DNA from: Myxococcales bacterium
GTDB taxonomy: Bacteria; Myxococcota_A; Polyangia; Polyangiales; DASUME01
DNA length: 64,000 nt
Assembly: GCA_047601445.1 (NCBI GenBank)
Contig: JASGJH010000001.1
Location: 8,192,001-8,256,000, forward strand
Reading direction: 5' to 3'
The translations under genes and the position numbers were made by a program. The notes below the pieces were generated by a model, which made no database searches, was not told the origin of the DNA, and saw only the letters and a list, made by a program, of their open reading frames with translations. This document shows, in pieces, positions 47,993-57,387 of the stretch. Each line of letters begins with the position of its first letter. Position 1 is the stretch's first letter.

Positions 47993-49351
47993 CTAAATAC
48001 TCTCGAAGTAACGCTTGAGCTCCCAGTCGCTCACGGCCTTGGCGAACTGGCGCACTTCCCACTCGCGCGTGAGCACGTAGTGGTCCACGAACGGCGCTCC
48101 GAGCAGGCTGCGCGCGACCTCGCTCTGCTTGAGCAAGGCGGTGGCGCTGCCCAGATCGGTGGGCAGTCGCTTGCCCTTGCTGTGGGAGGCGTCACCGCGC
48201 TGGGGTTCCCCTGGCTCGATGGCGTGCTCGACGCCGTGGAGGCCTGCCGCCAAGCAGGTGGCCATCGCGATGTACGGGTTCATGTCCGCGGCCGTCTGCC
48301 GGTACTCGATGCGCGTGGCGCTCGGTTTGTCGCCAGGAATCAAGCGAATCGCCGTGGTGCGGTTTTCCACGCCCCAGCTCGGGGTGAGCGGCGCCCACAC
48401 GCCGGGCACGTAGCGCTTGTAGCTGTTGATGGTCGGCGAGTAGAGCGCGGTGAGCTCGTCCATCGCGCTGAGCAGGCCGCCCAAGTAGTGGCGGCCCAGG
48501 GTGGACAAACCGTGGGGCGCCTTGGGGTCGGCGAATAGGTTCTTCTCGCGCGTGGAGTCCCACAAACTCTGGTGCAAGTGCCCGCTCGAGCCGGGGAGGC
48601 TGGGGTTCCACTTGGCCATGAAGGTGACGCTGAGGCCGTGATGGGATGCGACCTCCTTGGCGAGCGTCTTGAAGAGCGCGGCGCGGTCGGCCATGTCGAG
48701 CGCGAGCCCGTACTTGAGCGCGACCTCGTAAACACCCGGGCCGGTCTCGGTGTGCAAGCCCTCGATGGGGATGTCGAAGTTCTCGCAGGCGTCGAACAGC
48801 TCGTGGACGAAGTCCTTGTGCTGACCGGTGCGCAGCCACGAGTACCCGAACATGCCCGGGGTGAGCGGCTCGAGCTGCTGGAAGCCCTTGTTGCGCAGGG
48901 TCTGCGGGGTCTCGCGGAACACCCAGAACTCGAACTCGGCACCGAAGGTGGGCACGTAGCCGGCGGCCTCGGCGCGCGCGACGATGCGCTTGAGCAGGCT
49001 ACGGGGGCAGGCGAAGTGGGCCTTGCCGTCGGTGCCGCGGAAGTCGAGCAGGAATGCGGCCGTGTTGGGCTCGTAGGGCAAGAGTCGGAACGTGCCGGCG
49101 TCGACCTTGGCCAGGATGTCGGGGTAGCCGGACTCGGGGCCGCTCGTGTTGTCGTAACAAACGTCCCCGATGTCCCAGCCGAAGATCACGTCGCAGAACC
49201 CGAAGCCGCTCTCGGCGATGGACCAGAATTTGTCGAGTGAGAGGTACTTGCCGCGCAACACACCGTCGATGTCGAACCCCCCGACTTTGACGCGGCGTAC
49301 GTCGTGGGCGGCGAAGCGTTCGCGGAGCTGATTCAGGTCCATGACTCGCAT
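47993..49351 (-). CDS. Glutamine synthetase-like gamma-glutamyl ligase
   Basis: GAEFEF, HTETGPGVYEV, GSSGHLHQS, NSYKR, ENRT, RIEYR; no FDGSS. Confidence 0.88.
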   Translation of the reverse strand: MRVMDLNQLRERFAAHDVRRVKVGGFDIDGVLRGKYLSLDKFWSIAESGFGFCDVIFGWDIGDVCYDNTSGPESGYPDILAKVDAGTFRLLPYEPNTAAFLLDFRGTDGKAHFACPRSLLKRIVARAEAAGYVPTFGAEFEFWVFRETPQTLRNKGFQQLEPLTPGMFGYSWLRTGQHKDFVHELFDACENFDIPIEGLHTETGPGVYEVALKYGLALDMADRAALFKTLAKEVASHHGLSVTFMAKWNPSLPGSSGHLHQSLWDSTREKNLFADPKAPHGLSTLGRHYLGGLLSAMDELTALYSPTINSYKRYVPGVWAPLTPSWGVENRTTAIRLIPGDKPSATRIEYRQTAADMNPYIAMATCLAAGLHGVEHAIEPGEPQRGDASHSKGKRLPTDLGSATALLKQSEVARSLLGAPFVDHYVLTREWEVRQFAKAVSDWELKRYFESI

Positions 49352-49411
49352 TGTACATGGCTGGCTCGCGTTTTGAACTCAGGTGTAGGGTGCGTGTAGA
49401 CTGCGGAGGCT

Positions 49412-50662
49412 ATGCAGCTCGTGAGAAAGCCAGCCTCGGGCGTGCTCCGATGGACCCTCGCCGTGGTCCTGTGCGCGGCCTGTGAAGGGGCTTCCAAGCG
49501 CCCGCCGTCCGAGGTGTTGGGGGGCGGAGATGGCGGCCCGAAGCCGAGCCGCGACGCGGGGCCCCCGCTCGACTGCCAGACGGCTCTGTCCAACCAGGAC
49601 GCAGACTACGACACCTTCTCGCGCGATACGGGGGACTGCAACGACTGCGATCCGCTGATCAGTCCGGCGGCCTTCGAGGTGCCTGGCAACACGGTCGACG
49701 AGGATTGCGATGGCATGGTGCTCACGGAGCGGCCCGTCTGCGACGCGGAGCTGGAGCCCGAGTCGAACGACCCCGAGGACGCCGCGCGCGCCCTCGGTTT
49801 GTGCTCGTTCACGGGGCAGATTGCGCGCACCTGGGGCGTGCGCCGAGCCGACTGGCGCTTGCTCGACGATGCGGACGAGCTCGAGGATCCGCGCCAGGTG
49901 TGGCTGAGCGATCACTTCGGAGGCGTGCTGCCCCGCGACGGGAAGCGTCTGCTCGTGCTCTCCACGGGTGTGGCCCGCGACGTGGACGATCCCGACTACA
50001 CGCCCAAATGCGACGTCTTCAGCTCGGAGGATCAAGGTGAGGCCGGCTACAGCGGCGGCGTGCCACCGCCCAAGGGCTACCCGGTGGACTCCTCGCTGTG
50101 CACGGCGAAGGCATCGAGCTCCAAGGATGCTCCCGCCTTCAACGACGTCGGCCTCGAGATTTATCTGCGCATCCCGAGCAACGCGCGCAGCCTCAGTTTC
50201 GACTCCATCTTCTTCACCTCCGAGTACCCGAGTTGGGTCTGCACGCCCTTCAACGACTTCTTCGTGGTCTCCATGGACGACGAGGAGAACGTGGTGTTCG
50301 ACGCGCACGGTGATCCGATCGGTGTGAACACGGCGTTGCTCTCGGTGTGCCGCGAGACCACCTTGGCGGCGCGCAAGATCGCCTGCGAGCAGGGGCCTGC
50401 GCTGCTGGCCCACACCGGCTTCGACAAGGACGAGTCGAGTTGTGGGGTTACGACCGAGAACGCGCAGGTGGGTGGGGCGTCTACTGGCTGGCTGCACACC
50501 TCGGTGCCGGTGGATCCGACCCGCGGCTACCTGACGTTGCGTTTCTTGCTGTGGGATAGCGCGGACCCGAACCTCGACTCCACGGTGGCCATCGACAACC
50601 TACAGTTCGAGACGCTCACGCTCGAGGAGCCGAGCACGCGACCCATCAGCGCTGCGCCGTAG
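49412..50662 (+). CDS. Lipoprotein with MopE-related repeat and choice-of-anchor-L-like domain
   Basis: CAAC lipobox; GDCNDCDPLISPAAFEVPGNTVDEDCDG; FFTSEYPSWVCTPFNDFF; LDSTVAIDN. Confidence 0.8.
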   Translation: MQLVRKPASGVLRWTLAVVLCAACEGASKRPPSEVLGGGDGGPKPSRDAGPPLDCQTALSNQDADYDTFSRDTGDCNDCDPLISPAAFEVPGNTVDEDCDGMVLTERPVCDAELEPESNDPEDAARALGLCSFTGQIARTWGVRRADWRLLDDADELEDPRQVWLSDHFGGVLPRDGKRLLVLSTGVARDVDDPDYTPKCDVFSSEDQGEAGYSGGVPPPKGYPVDSSLCTAKASSSKDAPAFNDVGLEIYLRIPSNARSLSFDSIFFTSEYPSWVCTPFNDFFVVSMDDEENVVFDAHGDPIGVNTALLSVCRETTLAARKIACEQGPALLAHTGFDKDESSCGVTTENAQVGGASTGWLHTSVPVDPTRGYLTLRFLLWDSADPNLDSTVAIDNLQFETLTLEEPSTRPISAAP

Positions 50663-50790
50663 GAGCGCTGTGGCGCGCTGCCTCATTGGGCAAAGTCGCT
50701 GCGTCGTGGCTGCATGAGTCGAGCGCGCGCTCGGGGAGAGATCGGAATCCAGGTCACGTCGCCAGCCCCACTGCAACTTGCCAGTGTGGC

Positions 50791-50806
50791 TGGCACATGA
50801 CTCGCA
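50791..50806 (+). promoter_or_regulatory. Candidate sigma-54 (-24/-12) promoter
   Basis: TGGCAC-ATGAC-TCGCA with exact GG-N10-GC spacing. Confidence 0.5.
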
Positions 50807-50819
50807 TTGAATCGCAGCC

Positions 50820-51383
50820 ATGGGAAACGCGCAGCGAACGGGTCTTTGGGTGGGACATCCACTCCCTCCCATGTTGGTGGCGTTTCCACTGACCTTCTAC
50901 GCGAGCGCCTGGTGTGCCTTCGCCCTCTACGCCTTGCGGGACGATCCGTTTTGGTGGCTGACCGGGCTGTGGTCGAGCCTGGCCGGCGTGATGACGGCGC
51001 TGCTTGCGGGTGGCGTCGCCCTGCGCGTGTGGCGACTGCGAACGCCTCAGCTGTTGCCGACGCTGATGGGACTCAAGGCCGGTAGGTTGCAGGTGGTCGC
51101 GTTGGGGCTCGTCGCGCTGAACCTGCTGGTGCAGAGGGATCGTTGGGGGGTGGCGGGCGGCGTCACGCTGTTGCGTCCCTTGCGCTCGGGCGAGGTGGAA
51201 ATCGTGCTCCTGCCCGACGCCACCCTGGCTCTGGTGTTGACGGGTGCGGCCCTCTTGTTGGCCGTGTTGGGAGCCCATGGTGGCTTGGCGCGCACCCAGG
51301 TGGAGCCCCAGTCGCCCGCTGCCGAACCGGAACAAGCCCGGCCCGAGCCGCGCAGCTCGCGAACCCCGCTCGTACCCACCTGA
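50820..51383 (+). CDS. DUF2231-like 4-TM membrane protein
   Basis: GHPLPPMLVAFP, four hydrophobic helices, GAHGGL. Confidence 0.65.
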   Translation: MGNAQRTGLWVGHPLPPMLVAFPLTFYASAWCAFALYALRDDPFWWLTGLWSSLAGVMTALLAGGVALRVWRLRTPQLLPTLMGLKAGRLQVVALGLVALNLLVQRDRWGVAGGVTLLRPLRSGEVEIVLLPDATLALVLTGAALLLAVLGAHGGLARTQVEPQSPAAEPEQARPEPRSSRTPLVPT

Positions 51384-51464
51384 GGCAGGAAAAATCCTGA
51401 GATTTCAGCGCGACAATCGGTCGCGTTGCCGGCGCCGCGATCTGCACCAGATCTGGACCCGCCT

Positions 51465-52298
51465 ATGCGTGCTTTCTTGCCTTGGTGGCTGCTCCTCCTG
51501 CTCTTGAGCGGCGCTTCTCCTGGCCTTGCGGCAGCCCAGCTCTGCCACATGCCAGCACCGTCCATGCGCGCGGACACCCGCAGCGACGCGGTCGTGATGC
51601 GGGCCAGCGTGGGTAGCGTCCTTGCGGGCTACGACAACGCGTTTGGTGAGGGCGAATACCAGGGGGGCAACGTCGGCTTGGCCTTTCGCCATCCGTGGGT
51701 CGCCGCCTCGGCGTCGCTGCCAGGCTATCGCCTGGTGCGCAACGGGGAAGCACGCACGGAGATTGGCGACGTGGCCCTGGACGCTCGCGGCACCGTGTAT
51801 CGCGATGGCGAGGGTGGGCTCGCTCTCGGGCTCGGGATGGGCGCCACGCTGCCCAGCGGCAACGGGAACTTTGGCTTCGGTATGGGGCACACGATGCTGA
51901 TGCCGGGGTTGTGGATGTCGTTTTCGCGAGAGCACCTCATGCTCAGCGCGGAGCTGGGCTATGGACGCGCGATCGGGGGGCACCACGGAATGCACCACGG
52001 AGCCCATGCGGCCCACACGGGAGGCTTCATGGCGGGGTCCATCGTGCAGCCGATGAACGCTTCGGAGGTCGAGCACGGCCTCAGCCTGTCGTACGAGTTG
52101 CACCCACGCGTGCGCGCACTCGGTCGCTTGTTCGGGGCGATTCCGGTGGCGGACGAAGGCGGTCAGGCCCGCGAGATCGTTGCGCTGGGGGCACAGACGA
52201 TTCTGGGCTTGTGGGATCTGACGCTGGAGACCCAGCTGCCGGTGGTGGGCTCGCCGTTTACGACGCGGCTGGTCTTTGCGGTAGGAGCAGAGTGGTAG
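51465..52298 (+). CDS. Outer-membrane beta-barrel with His/Met-rich segments
   Basis: Signal peptide; GDVALD, LPSGNG, HHGMHHGAHAAH loop, terminal aromatic residue (W). Confidence 0.7.
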   Translation: MRAFLPWWLLLLLLSGASPGLAAAQLCHMPAPSMRADTRSDAVVMRASVGSVLAGYDNAFGEGEYQGGNVGLAFRHPWVAASASLPGYRLVRNGEARTEIGDVALDARGTVYRDGEGGLALGLGMGATLPSGNGNFGFGMGHTMLMPGLWMSFSREHLMLSAELGYGRAIGGHHGMHHGAHAAHTGGFMAGSIVQPMNASEVEHGLSLSYELHPRVRALGRLFGAIPVADEGGQAREIVALGAQTILGLWDLTLETQLPVVGSPFTTRLVFAVGAEW

Positions 52299-52322
52299 AG
52301 GCGCCCTGGGGCGCGCGTCTCC

Positions 52323-52751
52323 CTACTGCTCGTCGGCCCCGTGATCGTGGTCGCCCTTGAGTCCCTGGCAGGTAATCCACTCGTCGAGTTTGTCGACCAT
52401 CTCCTGCGGAACCGGATCGCGCATGTAGGGCATGCGGCCGCACTCGATTTCGATCAGCGCGTGGCCGCCGGTCGCGCGCCAGCCATCTTCGGTGTCGTAG
52501 TCGTGGCCCACGGGGGCGCTCATGCGCGCGTCGCCCGTCTTGGTGGAGCTGTGGCAGTCGATGCAGTACGCGGTGGCCAGGGGCTCCACGGTGTTGTGGT
52601 AGCTGACGGTGCTGCTGGCGCAGTCGTATGTCTTCGTCTCCTCACCGCAGGCGGCGGTGGGGCCGGCATCGTCTCCGCATGCTGCGACGGAACCAACGAC
52701 AGCCGAACAAACCAAACTAGCCAAGAGCCACGGGCGCATAGGGGCCTCCAA
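52323..52751 (-). CDS. c-type cytochrome lipoprotein
   Basis: VAAC lipobox, CIDCH, GRMP. Confidence 0.75.
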   Translation of the reverse strand: MEAPMRPWLLASLVCSAVVGSVAACGDDAGPTAACGEETKTYDCASSTVSYHNTVEPLATAYCIDCHSSTKTGDARMSAPVGHDYDTEDGWRATGGHALIEIECGRMPYMRDPVPQEMVDKLDEWITCQGLKGDHDHGADEQ

Positions 52752-52977
52752 GAGCCCCGACCATAGGGCAGGGGAGGGGGCCCGCGCATGCGACCGATTG
52801 TCGCGTCGGGCCCTCGATTTTGCGAGACGGGGAGGTCACGCGACCTCCCCGCCCGTCGCGGCAAAGCCGCGCCGGGGCCTACCCCATCCGCGAGGTTCGC
52901 TTCGCTCACGAAAAAGCCTCGCCTGCATGGCGCTGGTCGGCTTGCGCGCGACGGTGTCCTCTGCCACCCGCTGGGCC

Positions 52978-54699
52978 ATGGACGACGGTTCGGGGTTCTC
53001 AGAGAACGAGCGACAAGCGGTATATCGCGCGATTTTCGAGCGCCGTGACGTGCGCAACTACCGGCCAGATCCGCTGCCGGATGCGGTGCTGGCGCGGATT
53101 TTGGAAGCTGGCCACCAGGCCCCCTCGGTGGGCTTCATGCAGCCCTGGAACTTCGTGGTGCTGCGCGATGCTGCCGTGCGTCACAAGATCTATGCTCACT
53201 TTAGCGAGGTGAACGTCCGGGCCGCCCAGGTCTTCCAGGACGACCGCCGCCGCACCTACCAGGCGCTGAAGCTGCAGGGCATCCTGGATGCGCCCCTCAA
53301 CTTGCTGGTGACCTGCAATCCCACGCGGGGCGGTGAGCACGTGCTCGGCCGCTTCACCATGCCCGAGACCGACGTGTACAGCACATGCCTGGCGGTGCAG
53401 AACCTGTGGCTCGCGGCGCGCGCCGAGGGCGTGGGCATGGGCTGGATGAGCATCATGGAGCCATCCGTGGTGAAGGAGCTGCTCGGGATCCCGCAGCACG
53501 TGGTGCCAGTGGCCTATCTCACGGTGGGCTATCCGGTGGAGTTCGCCAAGAAGCCCATGCTGGCCGAGGTCGGTTGGTCCAAGCGCTTGCCGCTCGAAGG
53601 TTTGGTCTTCGAAGACGCCTGGGGGCGCCCCGCTCGTGCGATCCCCGCGGCCGACCTTACCCGTGCCCTCGAGCCGCCACGTACGCCGCGCGCCGAGCCC
53701 ACGGTCCCGGAGGCAGCGCTGAGGCGCAACGCCGACCTGACCAAGCCCAAGGGCAGCCTTGGTGTGCTCGAACAGGTGGCGCTCAAGCTGGCCGCTCTGC
53801 AGGACACCGCCTATCCCCGCTGCGAATACGCGCACCTCGCGCTCTTCGCGGGCGATCACGGCGTGACGGCGGAAGGGGTCAGCGCCTACAAGCGCGATAC
53901 CACCGTGAAGATGGTCTACAGCTATCTGGCGGGCGGCGCCGTGGTGAACGCCTTCGCGCGGCGCGAGCGGGTGTCCGTGCACGTGGTGGACGTGGGCGTC
54001 GATCATGATTTCGGCGCGGCGGACGGTCTGGTGCGGCGCAAGGTCGCGCGCGGCACACGCAACTTGAGGCGCGAGGCGGCGATGACGCAGGCGGAATGCC
54101 AGGCGGCGCTCGCGGCGGGCGGGCAGTTGGTGTGCGAACTCGAACAGCTCGATGTGCTCTTGCTGGGCGAGATGGGCATCGGCAACAGCACCAGCGCGGC
54201 GGCCCTGGTGGCGGCCCTCCTGGGCATGTCCGCGGAGGCCGTCGCGGGGCGCGGCACGGGCGTGGACGACGCTGGGTTGAAGCGCAAACAAGGGGTGATC
54301 GCCGATGCCCTGGCGCTGCACGCCGGCGCAGACCCGAGTCGACTCCTGGCCTGCTTGGGCGGCTTCGAGATCGCGGCCTTGGTCGGCGCCATCGAGGCCG
54401 CGGCCGAGCGCGGGGTGCCGGTGCTGCTCGACGGCTTCATCACGGGGGCCGCGGCCCTGGTGGCCGTGCGCCGCAATCCTTCTGTTTTGCCCTTCTTGAT
54501 GGCTGCCCACCGCAGCGCCGAACCGGCCCACGGTCTCGTCCTGGCGGCGCTAGGCTTGCGCCCGCTGCTCGAGCTCGACATGCGACTCGGTGAAGGCTCG
54601 GGCGCGGTGCTGGCGGTTTCGCTTTTGCGGGCCGCCTGTGCTGTGATGAGCGAGGTACGCACATTCGAAGAGGCCAACATCGAGCGGCCCGAGGGTTGA
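52978..54699 (+). CDS. bluB/cobT: BluB (DMB synthase)-CobT (DMB phosphoribosyltransferase) fusion
   Basis: BluB: RRDVR, APSVGFMQPW, LKLQGI, VLGRFTMPE, QNLWLAARAEG. CobT: LTKPKGSLG, GDHGV, GEMGIGN, LDGFI, RLGEGSGA. Confidence 0.93.
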   Translation: MDDGSGFSENERQAVYRAIFERRDVRNYRPDPLPDAVLARILEAGHQAPSVGFMQPWNFVVLRDAAVRHKIYAHFSEVNVRAAQVFQDDRRRTYQALKLQGILDAPLNLLVTCNPTRGGEHVLGRFTMPETDVYSTCLAVQNLWLAARAEGVGMGWMSIMEPSVVKELLGIPQHVVPVAYLTVGYPVEFAKKPMLAEVGWSKRLPLEGLVFEDAWGRPARAIPAADLTRALEPPRTPRAEPTVPEAALRRNADLTKPKGSLGVLEQVALKLAALQDTAYPRCEYAHLALFAGDHGVTAEGVSAYKRDTTVKMVYSYLAGGAVVNAFARRERVSVHVVDVGVDHDFGAADGLVRRKVARGTRNLRREAAMTQAECQAALAAGGQLVCELEQLDVLLLGEMGIGNSTSAAALVAALLGMSAEAVAGRGTGVDDAGLKRKQGVIADALALHAGADPSRLLACLGGFEIAALVGAIEAAAERGVPVLLDGFITGAAALVAVRRNPSVLPFLMAAHRSAEPAHGLVLAALGLRPLLELDMRLGEGSGAVLAVSLLRAACAVMSEVRTFEEANIERPEG

Positions 54700-54706
54700 A
54701 CGGTTC

Positions 54707-56452
54707 ATGTGGAGAAACTTACTCAAGTGGCTTCTTCCGCTCGTGTTGATCGGGGGTGCTGTCTACGGCTTCATGTGGTGGCAGCGGCAGCCCAAGCCCT
54801 TGCCCAAGGTCGACCTGGCCAGTGTGCAAGAGGGGCTGCCCAGGCAGGTCGCCACGCTGTTGAGCAAGGATGGCGCGCTGCGCGGCTTACGGCCGATCCC
54901 GAGTGCGCCGGTGTTCGTGGTGTTGCGCAAGAACGGCCGCAAGCTCGCCCAGGGTTGGTTCGAGGGGAGCGACGCGCAGCAGGCGATCTTCGACGGTGTC
55001 GCGCAGCTGCTGCGCGACAGGCCGAGCCTGGCTGGCGAGGTCGACGTAGTGGAGCTCTGCCTGCCGCACTCGTACAAGGGCGAACGGTTGAAGGCCAAGC
55101 GCGACGTTCTGGGTAACACGCATCGCGGCGTACGCGGCGTGTGGCTGCGCCACGGGACCCGCGAGGAGCGCACCTGTCCCACCGAGATGATCGCACGCAA
55201 TGCGCGCTTCGAGGACGTGGAGGGGGCCTTTCGTAAGCAAGCCGGCTTGAGTCGTGATGAGTACGTGGCCCAGGCCGAGGCCCAGAGCTTCGACGCGCAC
55301 CAGCTCCTGGTACGCGTGCAGAAAGATCCGGCCGTGGTGCCCATGTTCCGCGGCAACACCGTGATCCCGCTCGCCACCGTGAACCAAAAGAGCACCGACG
55401 CGCTGGCGGCCGGGCTCACGCAATGGATCACGACTCAGGTGCAGCCGGATGGGCGCATGGTGTACATGGCTCTGCCGAGCAAAGGCACCGAGTCCACCGA
55501 CAACAACATGATCCGCCAGTTCATGGCCACCGTGTGCCTGGTGCGACTCGCCAACGCCAAGCCCGAAGACGCCCACCTGCGGGAGCTGGCCAAGCGCAAC
55601 CTCACCTACAACCTGGATCACTTCTTCGTGCAGGAAGGCGAGCTCGGGCTGATCAAGTTCGGGGACGCGCGCCTCGGCGCCATGGCGCTGGCAGCGCTCG
55701 CCATCGTGGAAGCCCCGTTTCGCAGCGAGTTCGCGCGTTACGAGACGGCCCTGCGCAAGACCACCGAGCACATGCAGAAGCCGGACGGCTCGTTCTACTC
55801 GTTCTTCGGCAGCGAGAGCGGCGACAACCAGAACTTCTACCCGGGCGAGACGCTGCTGCTGTGGGCCACGCTCTACCAGGAGTCGCGCGACGAGGCCCTC
55901 TGGAAGCGCATCGACGACGCCTTTCGCTACTACCGCACCTGGCACCTCGAGAACCGCAATCCAGCCTTCATCCCCTGGCACACGCAGGCCTACGTCAAGT
56001 TGCTCAAGGTGCGCGACTATCCCGAGATGCGCGACTTCGTGTTCAAGATGAACGACTGGCTGCTCGGCATGCAGCAGTGGGGTACCGCCGACTACCCCGA
56101 TCAGCCCGGGCGCTTCTATGACCCCGACCGGCCCCAGTTCGGGCAACCGCACGCCTCCTCCACCGCGGTCTACCTGGAAGGCCTCATCGATGCGTACCAG
56201 CTCACGGTGAAGGAGAAGGACGAGGCACGCCGCAAGAGCTACCGCGACGCCATCCTGGGCGGCCTGCGGGCGACGATGCAGATCCAGTTCATGGACGGCG
56301 TGGACATGTTTTACATCGAGCAGCGCGACACCGTGTACGGCGGCCTGAGGACCACCGAATACGACAATCGCATCCGCGTCGACAACGTGCAGCACGCGTT
56401 GATGGGGATTCAGAGAATCGTTCGTATTTTCGGGGCTGAAGGGGCCTGGTGA
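54707..56452 (+). CDS. Membrane-anchored periplasmic protein with a probable alpha/alpha-barrel domain
   Basis: N-terminal TM; DNNMIRQ, FYPGE, WHTQAY, YLEGL, IRVDNVQH. Confidence 0.75.
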   Translation: MWRNLLKWLLPLVLIGGAVYGFMWWQRQPKPLPKVDLASVQEGLPRQVATLLSKDGALRGLRPIPSAPVFVVLRKNGRKLAQGWFEGSDAQQAIFDGVAQLLRDRPSLAGEVDVVELCLPHSYKGERLKAKRDVLGNTHRGVRGVWLRHGTREERTCPTEMIARNARFEDVEGAFRKQAGLSRDEYVAQAEAQSFDAHQLLVRVQKDPAVVPMFRGNTVIPLATVNQKSTDALAAGLTQWITTQVQPDGRMVYMALPSKGTESTDNNMIRQFMATVCLVRLANAKPEDAHLRELAKRNLTYNLDHFFVQEGELGLIKFGDARLGAMALAALAIVEAPFRSEFARYETALRKTTEHMQKPDGSFYSFFGSESGDNQNFYPGETLLLWATLYQESRDEALWKRIDDAFRYYRTWHLENRNPAFIPWHTQAYVKLLKVRDYPEMRDFVFKMNDWLLGMQQWGTADYPDQPGRFYDPDRPQFGQPHASSTAVYLEGLIDAYQLTVKEKDEARRKSYRDAILGGLRATMQIQFMDGVDMFYIEQRDTVYGGLRTTEYDNRIRVDNVQHALMGIQRIVRIFGAEGAW

Positions 56453-56470
56453 GCGCCCTTCGGGGCGCTC
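56451..56470 (+). terminator. Perfect 8-bp hairpin with cUUCGg loop at the end of the bluB unit
   Basis: GAGCGCCC-TTCG-GGGCGCTC; no U-tract. Confidence 0.45.
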
Positions 56471-56494
56471 GGTGAACGCTTTCGTGCGGCCGCT

Positions 56495-56533
56495 TTAACA
56501 CTTCTTCACAGGCCGCCCCGTGGACGCTTAACA
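56495..56533 (+). promoter_or_regulatory. OmpR/CpxR-type direct-repeat operator
   Basis: TTAACA-N4-TTCACA (10-bp period) plus a third TTAACA at 56528. Confidence 0.55.
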
Positions 56534-56589
56534 ACGGCTGCTCAACCTCTCTCCAGGGCGACACGAACCCGTCGCCAGAGAGAGGAACC

Positions 56590-57180
56590 ATGTTTGGTTT
56601 GATCGTGGGCACGCTGTGCCTGATGGGCCTTTTCGCGACCCTGCGACGACGCCACTACTATCGCTTTGCGGATTACTACGGCTACCACTGGGGCCACCAC
56701 CATGGTCGCGGCCATTGCCATGAGCGGGGACGGCACCATGGTCACCGGGGCCCCTGGGGCCATCACCACCACGAGGAGTCCTGGGAAGACGCCCCGCGGA
56801 TGCGCGGCTTCGGGCGCCGCCGGCCCAATCCCCTGCACTTCCTCTTCGCGGAGCTCGACACCACGCATGGCCAAGAAAAGGCCATCATGACGGCCCTCGA
56901 CGCCCTGCGTGGCGCCAAGGGAGCGCTGCGCGAGGAAGTGCTCAGCGCGCGCAAGGAGCTGGCGCAGCTCTTCGGTGCCGAGAGTCTGGACGCGCAGGCG
57001 CTCGAGGCACTGCTCGGGCGTCAGCAGGAGCACCTGGCGAAGTCCGGCCAACTCCTGAAGGACTTCGTCGCGCTGCTGCACGAGACCCTGACGCCGGTGC
57101 AGCGCAAGAAGCTCGCGGCGTTCCTGCTGGATGGCTCGTTGCTCTATGGCTTCGACCACGAGCGTCACCACGCATTCTGA
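56590..57180 (+). CDS. His-rich Spy/CpxP-like (periplasmic heavy-metal sensor-like) protein
   Basis: GAGG RBS; ELDTTHGQ and LHETLTPVQRKKL (LTxxQ motifs); His-rich linker. Confidence 0.8.
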   Translation: MFGLIVGTLCLMGLFATLRRRHYYRFADYYGYHWGHHHGRGHCHERGRHHGHRGPWGHHHHEESWEDAPRMRGFGRRRPNPLHFLFAELDTTHGQEKAIMTALDALRGAKGALREEVLSARKELAQLFGAESLDAQALEALLGRQQEHLAKSGQLLKDFVALLHETLTPVQRKKLAAFLLDGSLLYGFDHERHHAF

Positions 57181-57192
57181 GGAGGACGTCCC

Positions 57193-57375
57193 ATGTCTCG
57201 CTATCGAATGCGCATCGTGTTGCTCTCGCTCGGCGTGGTCTTCGGGTACGGCAGCGCCATCGCTCGCCACTACCGTGCCGAGCACTCCGGCCAAGGCTGG
57301 TTCTGCAGTCACCACACGGATCTGCAGGGCCCTCACGCTTCCCGCGGCGGCGCCGCGCCAAAGCCGGTACAATGA
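57193..57375 (+). CDS. Small membrane protein (60 aa)
   Basis: GAGGAGG RBS; TM with GVVFGYGS; CSHH. Confidence 0.65.
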   Translation: MSRYRMRIVLLSLGVVFGYGSAIARHYRAEHSGQGWFCSHHTDLQGPHASRGGAAPKPVQ

Positions 57376-57387
57376 AGGTCGCTGACC

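Noticed and set aside
52752..52977. Canonical cobalamin riboswitch
   Set aside because: Conserved GGGAA, GCCACTG and B12-box elements were not found; kept only as an unknown structured element
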